Assembly: GCF_006345805.1 (NCBI RefSeq)
Contig: NC_042997.1
Span: forward strand, 161,448,001 to 161,512,000
Direction: 5' to 3'
Source: Octopus sinensis
Taxonomy: Eukaryota
Length of the DNA: 64,000 nucleotides
The position numbers and the translations under genes are program-made. Below, in pieces: positions 37,161 through 50,471 of the stretch. The notes beneath the pieces are model-generated. The model was given only the letters and a program-made list of their open reading frames with translations. It made no database searches and had not been told where the DNA came from. Numbering within the stretch: position 1 is the stretch's first letter; each line of letters starts with the position of its first letter.

Positions 37161-38762
37161 CAGTTAGGTGAAGATATAATATTGTCATCATCATCATCAA
37201 TATCATCATTATCATCATCATCATCATCATCATCATTGTCATCATCATTTAACGTCTGTTTTCCATCCAGGCATTAATTTTATATCCACTTTTTTCCACC
37301 ATCATGGTTTGGAAAGAGACTTTCTGGGGAGGTGTTTTGTATCAGGATACCTTTCTTGAAACCAACCCTTTTCATTGTTTCTGATGACACACAAGAATGC
37401 AAGGGGGGTGTGGATGAGGAGGAGAAGGAGGAGGATGATAAGAACATTGTGAGATGGTGACATTCATTTGCAACAAATACACAGTGTCAAGGAGGCACAA
37501 AAACACACACCCACATGTATCTCTTCCTAGCTTCACCTATTCACCCTCACCCTCTCTTCTAAAATGTAGGTAATCATGTAGCTCCTCTACAAAAAGAAAC
37601 CTGTTCTGTTTTAGCCTCCTCTGCTCTCATAATTTAACTCCTTGTATCCTAGCATAAAATCACTTCTCTCAGAGTTTGAAGTCTATCAAGTAGCAAGGTG
37701 ACCTCAAAAGTGTTGCGACAAAAGAAAGCACCTATTACATTTTGTAAACTGGTTGACATTTTGGAAGAACATTCAACCACAGAAATCACTCCAAAGTAGA
37801 TAAAAGAATACAATGCAGTCTTTAGGCCTTCTGGACCCTGTCAAACCATCCAACCATGTGCTAACATTGAAAATGGTCGTTAAACAAGGATGATGATGCA
37901 GATGATGAAGCTTGTAGAAGACACTTGTCCAAGGAACCACACAATGGGTTCTGAACCTAAAAGTATGAGGCTGTAAAGCTCTTCTTAACTACACAGCCAT
38001 GCCTATCTTTTCTTAAAACTGGCATACACATGGTTATATCAAGTATTACAGACATGTGGATAATGCTTAATTGTTTGGTTGACAACTTATGTGCCATAGG
38101 ATTATGCAAAATCTAACAACTGCCACTAACAATTCTTTCATTTTCCCAAAGTAACTTTGCTAAATTTTCATTTCCAAGCTTATAAATGTCAAAGTGTGTT
38201 CTTCCTTTCCCTCTTCTTTGACTCACTCTCTCTCCCTCCCTCTCTCTCTCCCTCACTCTGTCTCCCTCTCTCTCTCATACACACATACAAACATACACAT
38301 GTATAAACATGTATAGTCATGTATATATCATATAAACATGTATAGTCAATTATATGGTCGCGTATATATCATTGTAAATATGTTGTATAAATTATTCAGG
38401 TACATTATGACTTGCCCAAAAAGGTTAAAAGCGGACATGGTAAACAGCCATATAATTCGTGTAAAGTAAAACAGCAATGAAGACTAGAAATACATGTGCA
38501 GTACACGGAATAAAATGCAAAAGACAAAAAAGTGTACAATAAAAGAGCCATAAAGAAGAAGCGGAGCATAGGCATACAGGAATAGCATTGATGAATTTTG
38601 GGAAGCAAACTGTCTTTCAAATATGCCATGTCTTAATAGTTATCGTGTGTGTAGATGCATGTGTGTGTGTGTGTATATATATATATATACATATAAGAAT
38701 TTTTTGCGTAATGAGGTAAAAAAACCAAGACTGTGTAGATATTAGAACATTTATAGACAGAA

Positions 38763-38815
38763 GGTCTTACAGCTGTTTCCAGAATATTTATTAATTATAT
38801 CCCTTCATCGGAGAT
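38763..38815 (-). ncRNA. Decayed minimal hammerhead ribozyme in Penelope-like terminal repeat (repeat about 38700-38820)
   Basis: TCT-CCGATGA-A-GGGATAT..ATATTCT-G-GAAA-CAGCTG-TA-AGA; U4C core mutation. Confidence 0.55.
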
Positions 38816-39171
38816 GGTGTGAGAGGATGGTAAGTAATAGTTAGTTTAGATAGGATACAAAATAGTGAGTGGGGTGGAGGAAAAAAAGTAGATATGAGAT
38901 ATGTAGGGATATTGAAGTTGTAGATCCATTTTCCAAGGCAGAATGGTATATATGAAAGATTCCAATACCTTATGAATAAAATCCAACTGAATTTAAAAGG
39001 AATCCTTCCAAATATAAAGTTTATACAAAATGTAAGATTCCAATATCTTATGAGTGAGATCCAGCAGTATTTAAACTTGGTCATTCCAAGTACAAAATTT
39101 ATACACAGTTTTGTAGAGTCAAAGCTACACTACAGGGATTTTGTCCAATTTCCATTCTCCTCAAGACTCAC

Positions 39172-39420
39172 TCATGTGTGACCTAATGGTTAAGTGTGTT
39201 GCCCTTGCAATCATGAGATAATTGTTTCAATCTCTGTACCAGGTAGGACATTGTATTTTTGAGCAAAATACTCCATTTCACATTAATATACAATGACTTC
39301 AACACTTGACACATGATACACGGTGCACCTACTCAAGCAACATTCATTTGATGGAGAGAGTGAGTTAATGTACAGCATTTAGATTTGATCGCTATAAACA
39401 AATCATTTTTGCAGGTCATT
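39172..39420 (+). mobile_element. F4 SINE
   Basis: Aligns to 15165-15420. Confidence 0.65.
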
Positions 39421-39470
39421 CAGCATATATACATACATACATATAAACATATATATATGTGTGTGTGTAT

Positions 39471-39870
39471 GTCAGGTCACTTTCGAGTGCTACTGGTAAC
39501 ATGTAACCCAGTGCTACCTGTTGCATGGTTGGGTCGTCGGCGACTAAACCGGAAACCCCACCAAGCTCGCTTGGTGAGGAGGGTGTTTATTGGTCACCCT
39601 GCGGGATGAAAAGCAAAACACGTCAAAGGGCGGAGGAACTCTTGTGAGTCAACAGCCATCCAATAAATGTCTTAAAGCTGTATCATGCGCGGGGACATAG
39701 AAATAATCAGATTGAATACCCAATCGTGCAGTTAAACCATTGGGAGCGAAGGACTCCTAGCCTTTGTCAGGGCATCCTTCTAGGAGCAGGCAACTCAGGT
39801 AACTGGGATAACTCTGACATAAAACCTGCAGCTCAGTGGTTACCGATGATGTTGACTTGTTAAATAGTTA
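39471..39870 (+). mobile_element. CpG-rich element resembling a non-LTR (RTE-like) 5' UTR
   Basis: Sharp GC/CpG rise, several hairpins, CTAGGAGCAGGCAACTC...AACTCTGACATAAAACC resembling RTE 5' ends as I recall them; unverified. Confidence 0.4.
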
Positions 39871-40122
39871 CCAGGATAGTAAAAATTCATTTAAGTGCCA
39901 ACAATGTTACAGCCTACTTATAAAAGTAGATGTATTTTGTTTCTCTTTTTTTCTTGATGAGATGTTTGCATTGTTTTACATCATTTTATTCCCCCCAGAA
40001 TAGTATCAATGTTTTCTTCGAAACATATGTAGGAAGTATAAAGATTTAACTCTATTTCTTAATTTGTCTATTTATTTTTCTATCTATCTATATGCATGTG
40101 TGTATGTATACATATATACAAT

Positions 40123-40168
<46 letters not shown>

Positions 40169-40601
40169 ATATGTATTCACATATGTGTGTGTGTGGGTGT
40201 GGGTGTGGGTGTGTGTGTGTGTGAGTATTGTGTGTGCATGTGTTCGTGCGAGTTTGTATTTGTGAGTTTGTGTCTCCTTGTCTTGACATAAGGTGATGGT
40301 TGTAAATGAGTGTCACCATCATACAAGCAGTAGCAGTCATCTCCAATCTTTCATGAAAATATGTCTATATAATATCTTGCTCAGAAACATGTGAGGGTTA
40401 GTAATGGAAAGGACATCCAGCCACACAAAATCTGCCTCAACAACATACAAGCATGGAAAAGTGATGTTAAAACGATGATGATGATGACAATATATGTGTG
40501 GTACCTTGGGCAATGTCTTCCTCTATATCCTCGGTTTGACCAGAACCTTGTGAGTAGATTTGGTAGAGAGAAACTAAAAGAAGCTTGATGTATACATAGA
40601 A

Positions 40602-40671
<70 letters not shown>

Positions 40672-41369
40672 GTGTGTGTGTGTGTGTGTGTGCATGCATG
40701 CGTGTTTGTGTGTGTGTGCATGCATGCATGCATGTGTGTATGTGTGTATGTATGTATCTATGTATTTCTCTATATTATATATACAAAAGTATGTATGCTT
40801 GTATGCATGTATGTATATTAGAGTGGGTAAGTGATATGAAAAGAAGACCTACCCATACATTTAAGCATGGCAAAGCAATCATGAAAAACAGTGATGGTGA
40901 TGGAGGTTAAGATTGTAATATATCTGCATTTAGGCTCTCACCCAATATATTTTATTTCTCTTAAGTCACCATGCAGATATTTCCCATCAACTGTACTTTC
41001 ATCCTTGCACATCCATAACTTTATTCATCTCTACCCCCATTTCTAACCATCTCTTACTCTCCCCTCATACATTTCTGAAAGCACCCACTTTCTTCTCACC
41101 TCCTCTAATGATTGTCTGTATCCTCTCTTATACTCATCATGTCATACCTTGAGAGTTTGCTCTGACACTCCATCACTACCATCTTTACTTCCTTCCCAAC
41201 TACTCCCACTCATCCCCATATAATGTGCTGTAGCCATGCATCTCTTCTATAGCAAGACACCTATGCTTGTCCGTCTACTTTAGCCTTTCAACACTTGGCA
41301 TAAAACCACTTCTCCATCCACTTAGTAGCAAGAGCTTTTTTCATTTCCTTTTTCTTTTTCACTGTCTTA

Positions 41370-41815
41370 TTTCTCTCTTGCAAGATACTTGGCAACCTCA
41401 CTTATACTGATGGCACAAAAAACAAAGTATCCTGTACACACTGCAAAGTGGTTGGTGTTAGGAAGGGCATTTAAGATGGTGAGCAGGCAGTATCGTTAGC
41501 ATGGTGGGCAAAATGCTTGGCAGTATTTTGTCTATTGCTATGCCCTGAGTTCAAATTCTGCTGAGGTCAACTTTGCTTTTCCTACTTTCAAGGTTGATTA
41601 AATAAGTACCAGTTATGCACTGGGGTTGATGTAATCGACTTAATCGCTTCCTCCAAATTTCAGGTCTTTTACCTATAGTACAAAGGATATTAGGAAGGGC
41701 ATCAAGCCATAGAAAACATGCCAAGCTGACATTGGAGCTTGATGCAGCCCTGTAGGTCACTTTTATCTTGTCGAACTGTTCAACCCATGCCAGCATGGAA
41801 AACCAATATTAGATG
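41370..41815 (+). mobile_element. F3 copy interrupted by an F1 SINE (41471-41689)
   Basis: Perfect 13-bp TSD TTAGGAAGGGCAT at 41458-41470 and 41690-41702. Confidence 0.85.
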
Positions 41816-41914
41816 ATGATGATGATGATGATGATGACAATAACAATGATGGTGGTGATGGTGGCAGCAACGGCGGTGGTGAAGGTTATGATGATGATGA
41901 TGAGGAGGAGGATA

Positions 41915-41972
<58 letters not shown>

Positions 41973-42570
41973 CGATGATGATGATGATGATGATGAAGGT
42001 GATGATGAAGTTTCCTTCTACTCCCTCGTTTGTTACTCTTTAGTCTGTCACTCACACTCTCGCCTGTATAAACAAGTGATGCCACTTGATCTGTCCATGT
42101 TCAATCTCCCCCACCATCACCCTTTATCACTCTACCTTTCTAACATCCCATTGTTTATGCAATGAGGGATTGCTTCAGACCTGCCCCACATCGTATCCCA
42201 TATCCCTTACTATCATCCTTCTTTACTGCTAGCTATTACTCTTTTTCCCCTACTTTCTCTTAGCAAAGACTAACTTTATCGCACAATCTTCCCTCTAGTA
42301 CACTACATCTGAATTCCCTTATTGCTGTATTTTTTTTTTTTTCAAAGCTCACTTGCACTGCTTAATTGCACTGCTAATATCACATATCCAGCCTTTTTAT
42401 ATCCCAGGCATTTGATATTATGTACCAATACCTTGTATGCATGTATGTATGTAAGTATGTATGTATGTATGTATGTATGTATGTATGTATGTATGTATGT
42501 ATGTATGTATGTATGTATGTATGTATGTATGTATGTATGTATGTATGTATGTTTCTATGCATGCATGTAA

Positions 42571-42616
<46 letters not shown>

Positions 42617-42830
42617 TTTATGAGAGGTAATGGTGTCTATAAGACGCAAAGGTGTCAGGTAATGCTGAGTAAGTGCTATGGACAGACCATAGTTAAGCTC
42701 CAGGTTCAGTGATTATGCGAATGATGAGTCTATCGTAGGTCATATATCAGCTTGTGTATATAAAAAAAAATTTTTTCAGAATGACATAAAAAAACCAAGA
42801 CTAAAGATTTTAGAACATTTATAAATAGAA

Positions 42831-42875
42831 GGTCTTACAGCTGTTTCCGGGATATTTTTGATATTCTTTCATCAT
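42831..42875 (-). ncRNA. Decayed minimal hammerhead, second copy of the 38763 family (repeat about 42780-42875)
   Basis: ATGATGA-A-AGAATAT..ATATCCC-G-GAAA-CAGCTG-TA-AGACC; 5' side cut off next to an F2 SINE. Confidence 0.5.
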
Positions 42876-42879
42876 ATAT

Positions 42880-43025
42880 ATGGCTGTGTGGTAAGAAGCT
42901 TGCTTCTCAATAACATGATTCTTGGTTCAGTCCCACTATGTGGCACCTTGGGCAAGTGTCTTCTGCTATAGCTCTGGTCTTGTGAGTGGATTTGGTAGAT
43001 GGAAACTAAAAGAAGCTCATTGTAT
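42880..43025 (+). mobile_element. F2 SINE head and body
   Basis: GGCTGTGTGGTAAGAAGCTTGCTT..GGCACCTTGGGCAAGTGTCTT. Confidence 0.85.
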
Positions 43026-43059
43026 GTGTGTAATCGAAATCGATCAACATCAATGGAAA

Positions 43060-43465
43060 TTGTAGCTGTGATACCAGTGCCGGTGGCACATAAGAGAACC
43101 ATCCGAACGTGGCCATTGCAGCGCCACCCCGACTGGCCTCTGTGCCAGTGGCACATAAAAAGCACCATCCGATCATGGTCGTTGCCAGCCTCGCCTGGCA
43201 TCTGTGCTGGTGGCACGTAAAAAGCAACATCTGATTGTGGCCGTTTGCCAGCCTCGTCTGGCACCTGTGCCAGTGGCACGTAAAAAGCACCCACTACACC
43301 CTCGGAGTGGTTGGCATTAGGAAGGGCATCCAGCCATAGAAACATTGCCAGATCAGACTGGGCCTGGTGCAGCCTTCTGGCTTCCCAGACCCCAGTTGAA
43401 CCGTCCAACCCATGCTAGCATGGAAAGCAGACGCTAAACGATGATGATGATGATGATGATGATGA
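43060..43465 (+). mobile_element. F3 with four hairpin modules
   Basis: GTGCYNGTGGCAC at about 43076, 43142, 43203 and 43268, then conserved 3' end and (GAT)n. Confidence 0.88.
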
Positions 43466-43479
43466 TGAGAGAGGGTAAA

Positions 43480-43905
43480 GTGCATGATGCTTGTGTATTT
43501 GTGTATGAGATGCAAGGGTATGTGAAGGCTAGAAAGAAATTGAGCTAGCATCTCCACTAGAAGTGAAATGTCAGTATGAATGACAAGGTATGGGTGAATT
43601 TGGAGAAAAACTGGGTATAAAAGTAATTAAATGTAATAAGCATGACAGAAGACTGATGCAGTTACAGATATATAATTCATGTGGGTGGCGACAGCTGTGT
43701 AAAGAAATGCCAGAAGAGCCAAATGGAATACATCAGAGAAGAAAAAGATGTGGCCAGAAGTAATGAAAGTCAATATCAGAATGCACAAACGTGATGACAG
43801 AAGAATGTAACAACTGGCAAGATACGGTGTTGGAGAGGAGCTGTTGTAACCAGTGCAAGCATGGAAAAACTGGTATAAAAATGATGAGGATGAGGCTAAT
43901 GATGA
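43480..43905 (+). mobile_element. Degenerate RTE LINE 3' fragment
   Basis: DSCVKKC..WPEVMK-like C-terminus; ends GCATGGAAAAACTGG...(GAT)n like F3. Confidence 0.55.
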
Positions 43906-43947
43906 TGATCATACATACTTACTTAATATACCTACATTTTATATACC

Positions 43948-44017
<70 letters not shown>

Positions 44018-44485
44018 TTTTATATTTAATATTTAACTGAAAATAATAGATTTATATTATCAGGATCAAGGTGATTATAGCCAATCATTCCGAATAAAAT
44101 AAATCTTACTTTCTTATAATTCGCCAGAATTGATTTGTTTTTTGAAAATTTATTACTTAATATAACGACTTAAAATTCTATAGTTGTTATAAGAATAAAC
44201 TGATGGTGTAGGTTATATTTTTTAAATCCGTAGAATATAACTATGAATATGTAATAATGTATTTCGTTCATTTAAAGCTGCAGGGGAGACTACTCCGAAA
44301 TAACGATCCAAAGTCGTGCACCAGAAAATCTCTTTTCAAAATACACTACGTTAGTGTCTTTAAAAAGGAACACCTAAAATTATGTGGTATCAGACACAGT
44401 ATCAGAGAAGAAGATTTTTTAAAAAAAAGAGAGAGAGAGAAAGAAGAGAAGAATAATCACGAAAATGCCGTTGGTTATAAGTCGG

Positions 44486-45172
44486 TAAATTTTTGTATTA
44501 ACACCCGCACGATTTTCACTAAAAAAAAACAAAAAACTCGGATCTTTTGCGTGGAATCAAGTACCCTGACCTCCTAATATGCTGCAAATCCCTTATTTTT
44601 GGTTCGAAAAAAAATCCCCACCCCTCCTCCGTCCCGGAATCATTGAAATTTTCTTTTTTTTTTTTTCGTTGAATGAATTCCTGTGACCTAATATGCTACA
44701 AAACCCTTTTGGGGTCCGAAAACGGGGTGGGGTGAGGTGGAAGCCTCGGAAATTTCTCCCCCACACACACACACATACACACCCACACCCACTGATCTTT
44801 TCACCCGCGCGAGGGATTTGCCGAATATAAGGAGGTCAGGGTACTTGATATCCACGCAATAAAATCCGATTTTCTTTTTTCTTTAGTAAAAATCGTGTGG
44901 GTAAAAAGATCAATGGGAGTGAGGCGTTTTTCAGACCCCAAAATTCGTTTTCTAGCATATTAGGCGGTCACAGGAATTCATTCAACAAAAAAAAAAAAAA
45001 ATTCAATGATTCCGGGATGGGGAGGGGGGGTGTCCCCACTCGATCCCCCTTTTTTCCAAACCAAAATAAAGGTTAAGCAGCATATTAGAAGATCAGGATA
45101 CTTGATTCCGCATCAAAAATCCGAGTTTTTTTTTCTTAACGAAAATCGTGCAGGTCTTAATACAAAAATTTA
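44486..45172. mobile_element. Foldback-type non-autonomous element with ~240-bp inverted arms
   Basis: 44486-44725 is the reverse complement of about 44925-45172; TA at both ends; partial third arm copy in the centre. Confidence 0.85.
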
Positions 45173-45849
45173 GCAATTGAGATATATAATTTATTGTTAT
45201 TGCTTAAGCCTGTCCTTAGAGAAAACAGTCATTATATATTCTATAATATCAAATGAATAGCTTTTATAGAACATGATTATGATCAAAGAATTTTCACCCA
45301 TAATTATACCATCTTTCATTGTGATATAAGATGGTAAGGAGTAAGTTTGGAGAAATTTGGCTACTCTTTCTAGCAGGCAGGATGATCATGTATAGGTTTG
45401 CCCATTTATTCGTAAACGTTTATATAAACGTTTGTTTGAAAAGATATTTCCATACACCAAATATTTATTAATACTCTTTTTTTTTATTGATCATAAATCA
45501 TAACTTCTAGCTGCCATAAGATATCTTCTAGTATGATCGACACGAATTCTGGGTTGTAAATATAAAAGAGAGTAATAAAAAGTATTTAAAAATTAATGGT
45601 TAGAATTTTACATGAATTAAATACACTAGATTTAATCACCTAGTAAAATATATACTTATCTAAGTGGTTGTTGATATCTTATAGAAATTGATTTACAAAT
45701 ATTGCAAGCTGTCTCATTTCTTGTCCTATTGGGGTAGCCAAATATCCCCTCTATAGTAAGGCAACTATCTATGTCCTTCTGTTATTCTCTAATCTCTCAT
45801 CTGGCTCACAGCCACTTCTATTGGTACTCCTCCCTTCCTCTACTAAGGG

Positions 45850-46095
45850 GTCCTTGTCTTGCAAGCTACTTAGTGACCCTACTAGTGCCACATAAAAAGC
45901 ACTTGTGCTGGTACCACATATAAAAAGCAGCCAGTACACTCTAAAAAGTGGTGGGGCTTAGGAAGGGCATCCAGCCATAGAAACCATGCCAGAACAGACA
46001 AATGGAGGCTGGTGTAGCTCTCCTGCTTGCTAGCTTCTGCCGAACCATCCAACCCATGCCATCAAGAAAAATGGATGTTGATGATGATGATGATA
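45850..46095 (+). mobile_element. F3 copy
   Basis: TAGGAAGGGCATCCAGCCATAGAAACC...(GAT)n. Confidence 0.75.
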
Positions 46096-46113
46096 CATGA
46101 TGATATATATATA

Positions 46114-46689
46114 TAAGGGCTCTGAAATGCCAGCACCTATACACTAGAAAGAGACAACTTGCAATATTTGTTAATCAATTTCCATAAAATGTCCACAACC
46201 TTTTAGATATATATATATATATATTGAACTTTTTGAAAATAAGTATAAACTAGGAATCTGGTTAAAGCTTCAAATATATTAATAAAACATATTTTAACAA
46301 TTCTCAATGCATTTTCAACTTTTATTTTTCCAATATATCTACCCGTATGGAATAAAATAACTTTGTTTTCCATATATATATATATATATTCTTATAAATT
46401 GAGGATATAATCATTATAAGGATTTTATCTATGGCTATCATATAAAAAAATGACCATATTGGTAAAATTAATGCTTATACACTAGAAGTAGATGTCAAAT
46501 ACCTACAACCCACTCTAAATTTGTTCTCTGTTTAAAACCCCAGGTTGAATGTGAGGTAATGAGCAGGAATATTTACAAAATTTTGGATAATCCCATATCT
46601 TAAGATTTCATGCTCTAACAAATTTAGAGTGGATTGTAGGTATTTGACATCTACTTCTAGTGTTAGATGCTGGCATTCCGGTGCCCTTA
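46114..46689. mobile_element. MITE-like element with terminal and internal inverted repeats
   Basis: TAAGGGC..AATGCCAGCA..ACACTAGAA termini; inner 46-bp IR at 46480-46525 and 46617-46662 (45/46). Confidence 0.7.
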
Positions 46690-47649
46690 ATTACAATTAT
46701 ATCTTTATAATTATATACAGAGAGAGTGTGGGGAGTATGTACAGAACAAGCTTCAGAACTCAGAATTTGCTCTATATTGAAGTTGATAGCAATAGGACTG
46801 TGTTGTTTAGCTCTGAACTGACTCTGACAAAACAAAACTATAATAATAATAATAATATAATGAAATTATTGTATACAGTGCTCAGGTGCACCACAACAAA
46901 TGAAAGTAAACAGTCAAGTGATGAGCATGCAGAATCATTAGGGTACCAAACAAAGTTTCTTCCGGTCTTTATGTTTTGAGTTCATATTCTGCTGAGGTCA
47001 ACTATGCCTTTCAGCCTTTAGTGCTAAAATTTGAAGCAATTTTATTTATCATATTTATTTTTTTTTGTCTATTTGTAACCATTTTAAAGACAATATGATA
47101 TTTCAATTATGAGAGCGAAATATCATTTTAGTAAAAATTGTTACTTACATTTTGCATGCTTCATGTGTATGTATGAATGTATAAATATGAATGTATCAAT
47201 ATGAGGAATGTGTGTGTGTGTGTGTGTGTGTGCACAAATGCGTATGTGTCTCAGTATGTGTGTGTAAGAATCAATGTACCCCAGACAACATTATCCAAGG
47301 TGTCATTTTTTGGGGGGGCCAGTAGAAAATGACTTAAGAGAAATTTGGTTGCTATTTCTAGCAAATCAAGTGACACTGTAAAGACATCCTTTTAGTTATT
47401 GAGACTGAAAAACAGTTTTAAGAATTGACTTACTAAATTGTAAAATCCTATAACATTGATTCAGTGTCTCTCATAAGAGTGGCACAGCCAGACCTCTGAG
47501 TATAGATATGGGAGCAGATAAAATTCTTATTAATTATTTGATAAAATTAAGATGATGTTATGCGTTTTTAATTAATCCACCACTGAGGCAAAGAAAGAAG
47601 AATTATATAGATGTAACCTCAATTTTGTCTTTTCATACATAAAGAAGAA

Positions 47650-47895
47650 GGTGGTTAATCAACATTACTCTGTAAGAGGCACAGGGCCAGTTCCCCAGTT
47701 ACTCTGGTGTACGTATATCTTCCTCCTGGATGGGACACTATCCTGTCACAGGATTATTTACTTACAGATGTGTGGACTGGAGCAGCATGAAATGAAGTGT
47801 TTTGCTCAAGAACACCACATGCTGCCTGGTCTGGGAATCAAACTCATGATCTAGCAGTTGTGAGAGCAACAACCTAACCACTAAGCCACATGCCT
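47650..47895 (-). mobile_element. F4-like tRNA SINE with different tail
   Basis: Minus GGCTTAGTGGTTAGG..GAGTTTGATTCCC..GTGTTCTTGAGCAAAACACTTCATTTC. Confidence 0.65.
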
Positions 47896-48047
47896 TCTCA
47901 ATGAAGGTGAGGGTAACAAATTTTACTAATTTATTAGCAAGAATGTTAGTATTTGTCCCTTTGACAACAACTGAACTAACCTACATATTTTGTAGAAATT
48001 ATTTTCTTCACTTATATTTATACTTACCAGAGTAATATAAATACAAT

Positions 48048-48450
48048 TACTCTTACTCTTTTACTCTTTTACTTGTTTCAGTCATTTGACTGCGGCCATG
48101 CTGGAGCACCACCTTTAGTCGAGCAAATCAACCCCGGAACTTATTCTTTGTAAGTCCAGTACTTATTCTATCAGTCTCTTTTTGCTGAACCGCTAAGTGA
48201 CGGGGACGTAAACACACCAGCATCGGTTGTCAAGCAATGTTAGAGGGACAAACACAGACACACAAACACACACACATATATATATATACATATATACGAC
48301 AGGCTTCTTTCAGTTTCCGTCTACCAAATCCACTCACAAGGCATTGGTCGGCCCGAGGCTATAGTAGAAGACACTTGCCCAAGATGCCATGCAGTGGGAC
48401 TGAACCCGGAACCATGTGGTTGGTCAGCAAGCTACTTACCACACAGCCAC
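48048..48450 (-). mobile_element. Young full-length F2 SINE
   Basis: CpG-rich, complete head to (GAGTAAAA)n tail. Confidence 0.9.
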
Positions 48451-48889
48451 TTGCAAATATAAATTTTTTTTATTGTTTTAGTTCTCTTTTAAGATCTAAA
48501 ACAGATACAGTATAGCTGAATGGTTACAAAGTTCATATTCCAACCCATGAGATCCCAGATTTGATCCCCTGCATGGTATTTTGTTATTTCGAATAACCTC
48601 AGGTTGGCCAACACTTTGTGAGTGAAACTGTATGTGTACAATCTACACATTGTTATACAAAAGTTAAGCCTTGTCACACACTGTGTATGCTCATTCTGCC
48701 TGAGAATTCAGTAAAAGATGCTGTAAGTGTCTATGGAATATTCAGCCACTTACACATTAATATAGGAACAAGTAATCTAGTTGAATCCTCATCCTCAAAG
48801 GATGGAATTTCACTACCACCAAAGATTCAAAAGGCTAGTAAATAAGGAAAAAGCTTGGCAAATTGTTTCCTGAAATATTAGATTCAAAA

Positions 48890-49070
48890 TTTTGGCACAA
48901 GGCCAGCAAGTTCGGGAAGGGGATAAGTTGATTACATCAACCCCAAAGCTCAACTGGTATTTATTTTCTCGACTTTGAAAGGATGGAGGGCAAAGTCGAA
49001 CTCAGTAGAATTTGAACTAAGAACATAAAAACAGACAAAAAGTTGCTAAGCATTTTGCCAGTTCACTGAC
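48890..49070 (-). mobile_element. F1 SINE, short-tail variant
   Basis: Reverse complement of F1. Confidence 0.7.
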
Positions 49071-49234
49071 TTCTTGAAATATTGCTTCATTAAATATATA
49101 GAAAAATATATTTAACATGAGTATATTTCCACTACCAAGTAATGGAATATTAGAAAACCTCACAGAAAGCCTTATAAGTATTTATGAAATAGAAAAAGGT
49201 GAATCAATGAAGAACATATAGCTTAGAGGACTAA

Positions 49235-49462
49235 TTAACCCTTTTGTTACTGTATTTATTTTGAGATGCTCTGTGTTTCTTTCAATTACTTTAAATATAA
49301 CAAAGAATTTAGTAAAATAACTTAGTTATCGTTAAGCTAGTGTTAGGAACATAAATTGTGATTAAAGTTTGGTGGAAGATATTAATTTAAAACTTATGAA
49401 AACAAGACATTTGTACTCAGAGTCAGAGCCGGTTTCAGCTGGGCTTGTAATGAAAGGGTTAA
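49235..49462. mobile_element. TTAA-flanked MITE (piggyBac-like), family A
   Basis: TTAA-CCCTTTTGTTAC...GTAATGAAAGGG-TTAA; reverse complement of 61574-61802. Confidence 0.85.
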
Positions 49463-49918
49463 ACATGATAAATTTTAGATACATTAATTATAATAATGGG
49501 GCTTTTTCTTACGATCAGATGTTCTTTGAGTCAAATGTGTTCCAGTGCAAATTTGTAACAACTAAATTATTTATATAATGCTCCGATTACAATTAAGTAC
49601 AAAATAACATTGCAAATAAACCTCTACTACATAGTATATCAACCAGTCAGAAATAGTAACCAAACCTCCTTTTAAATCCCACCCTGATGGGATATGTCTA
49701 TAAATTTAAACCAAGATATACACTGTCTTAAAATAAGATGGGAGAAAGGTCCACAGCTGGATGCTTTTAATCTTAGGTTTGTTCATTCATGGATGACCTG
49801 ATGCTAAGCAATAACTGAAACATCTGACATTGAGAGTCAACCTTTTACATTAAGCTACCAACTATAACATATGTGGTAAGGTTTGCATGTCTGAAATAAT
49901 TTAATCATTTTCATTTGT

Positions 49919-49958
<40 letters not shown>

Positions 49959-50120
49959 GGCACAGGAGTGGCTGTGTGGTAAGCAGCTTGCTTACTAACC
50001 ACATGGTTCCAGGTTCAGTCCCACTACATGGCATCTTGGGCAAATGTCTTCTGCTATAGCCTCAGGCCAACCAGAGCCTTGTGAGTGGATTTGTTAGACG
50101 GAAACTGAAAGAAGCCCATC

Positions 50121-50163
<43 letters not shown>

Positions 50164-50358
50164 TGTGTATTTGTCCCCCCAACATTGCTTGACAAACGAT
50201 GGTGGTGTGTTTATGTCACCATAACTTCGGCAAAAGAGACTGATAGAATAAGTACTGGGCCTACAAAGAATAATCCCTGGGGTTGATTTGCTTGACTAAA
50301 GGCAGTGCTCCAGCATGGCTACAGTCAAATGACTGAAACAAGTAAAAGAATACAAGAA
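49959..50358 (+). mobile_element. Full-length F2 SINE
   Basis: Same as other F2 copies. Confidence 0.88.
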
Positions 50359-50471
50359 TATATATATGTGCATATGCTTGTATCTTTATATAGATGTATA
50401 CATATATATATATAGAAATATTAAAATTACTAAGTCTCTCTAAAAGAGAACAACGGCAGCGTTTCCAGAAA

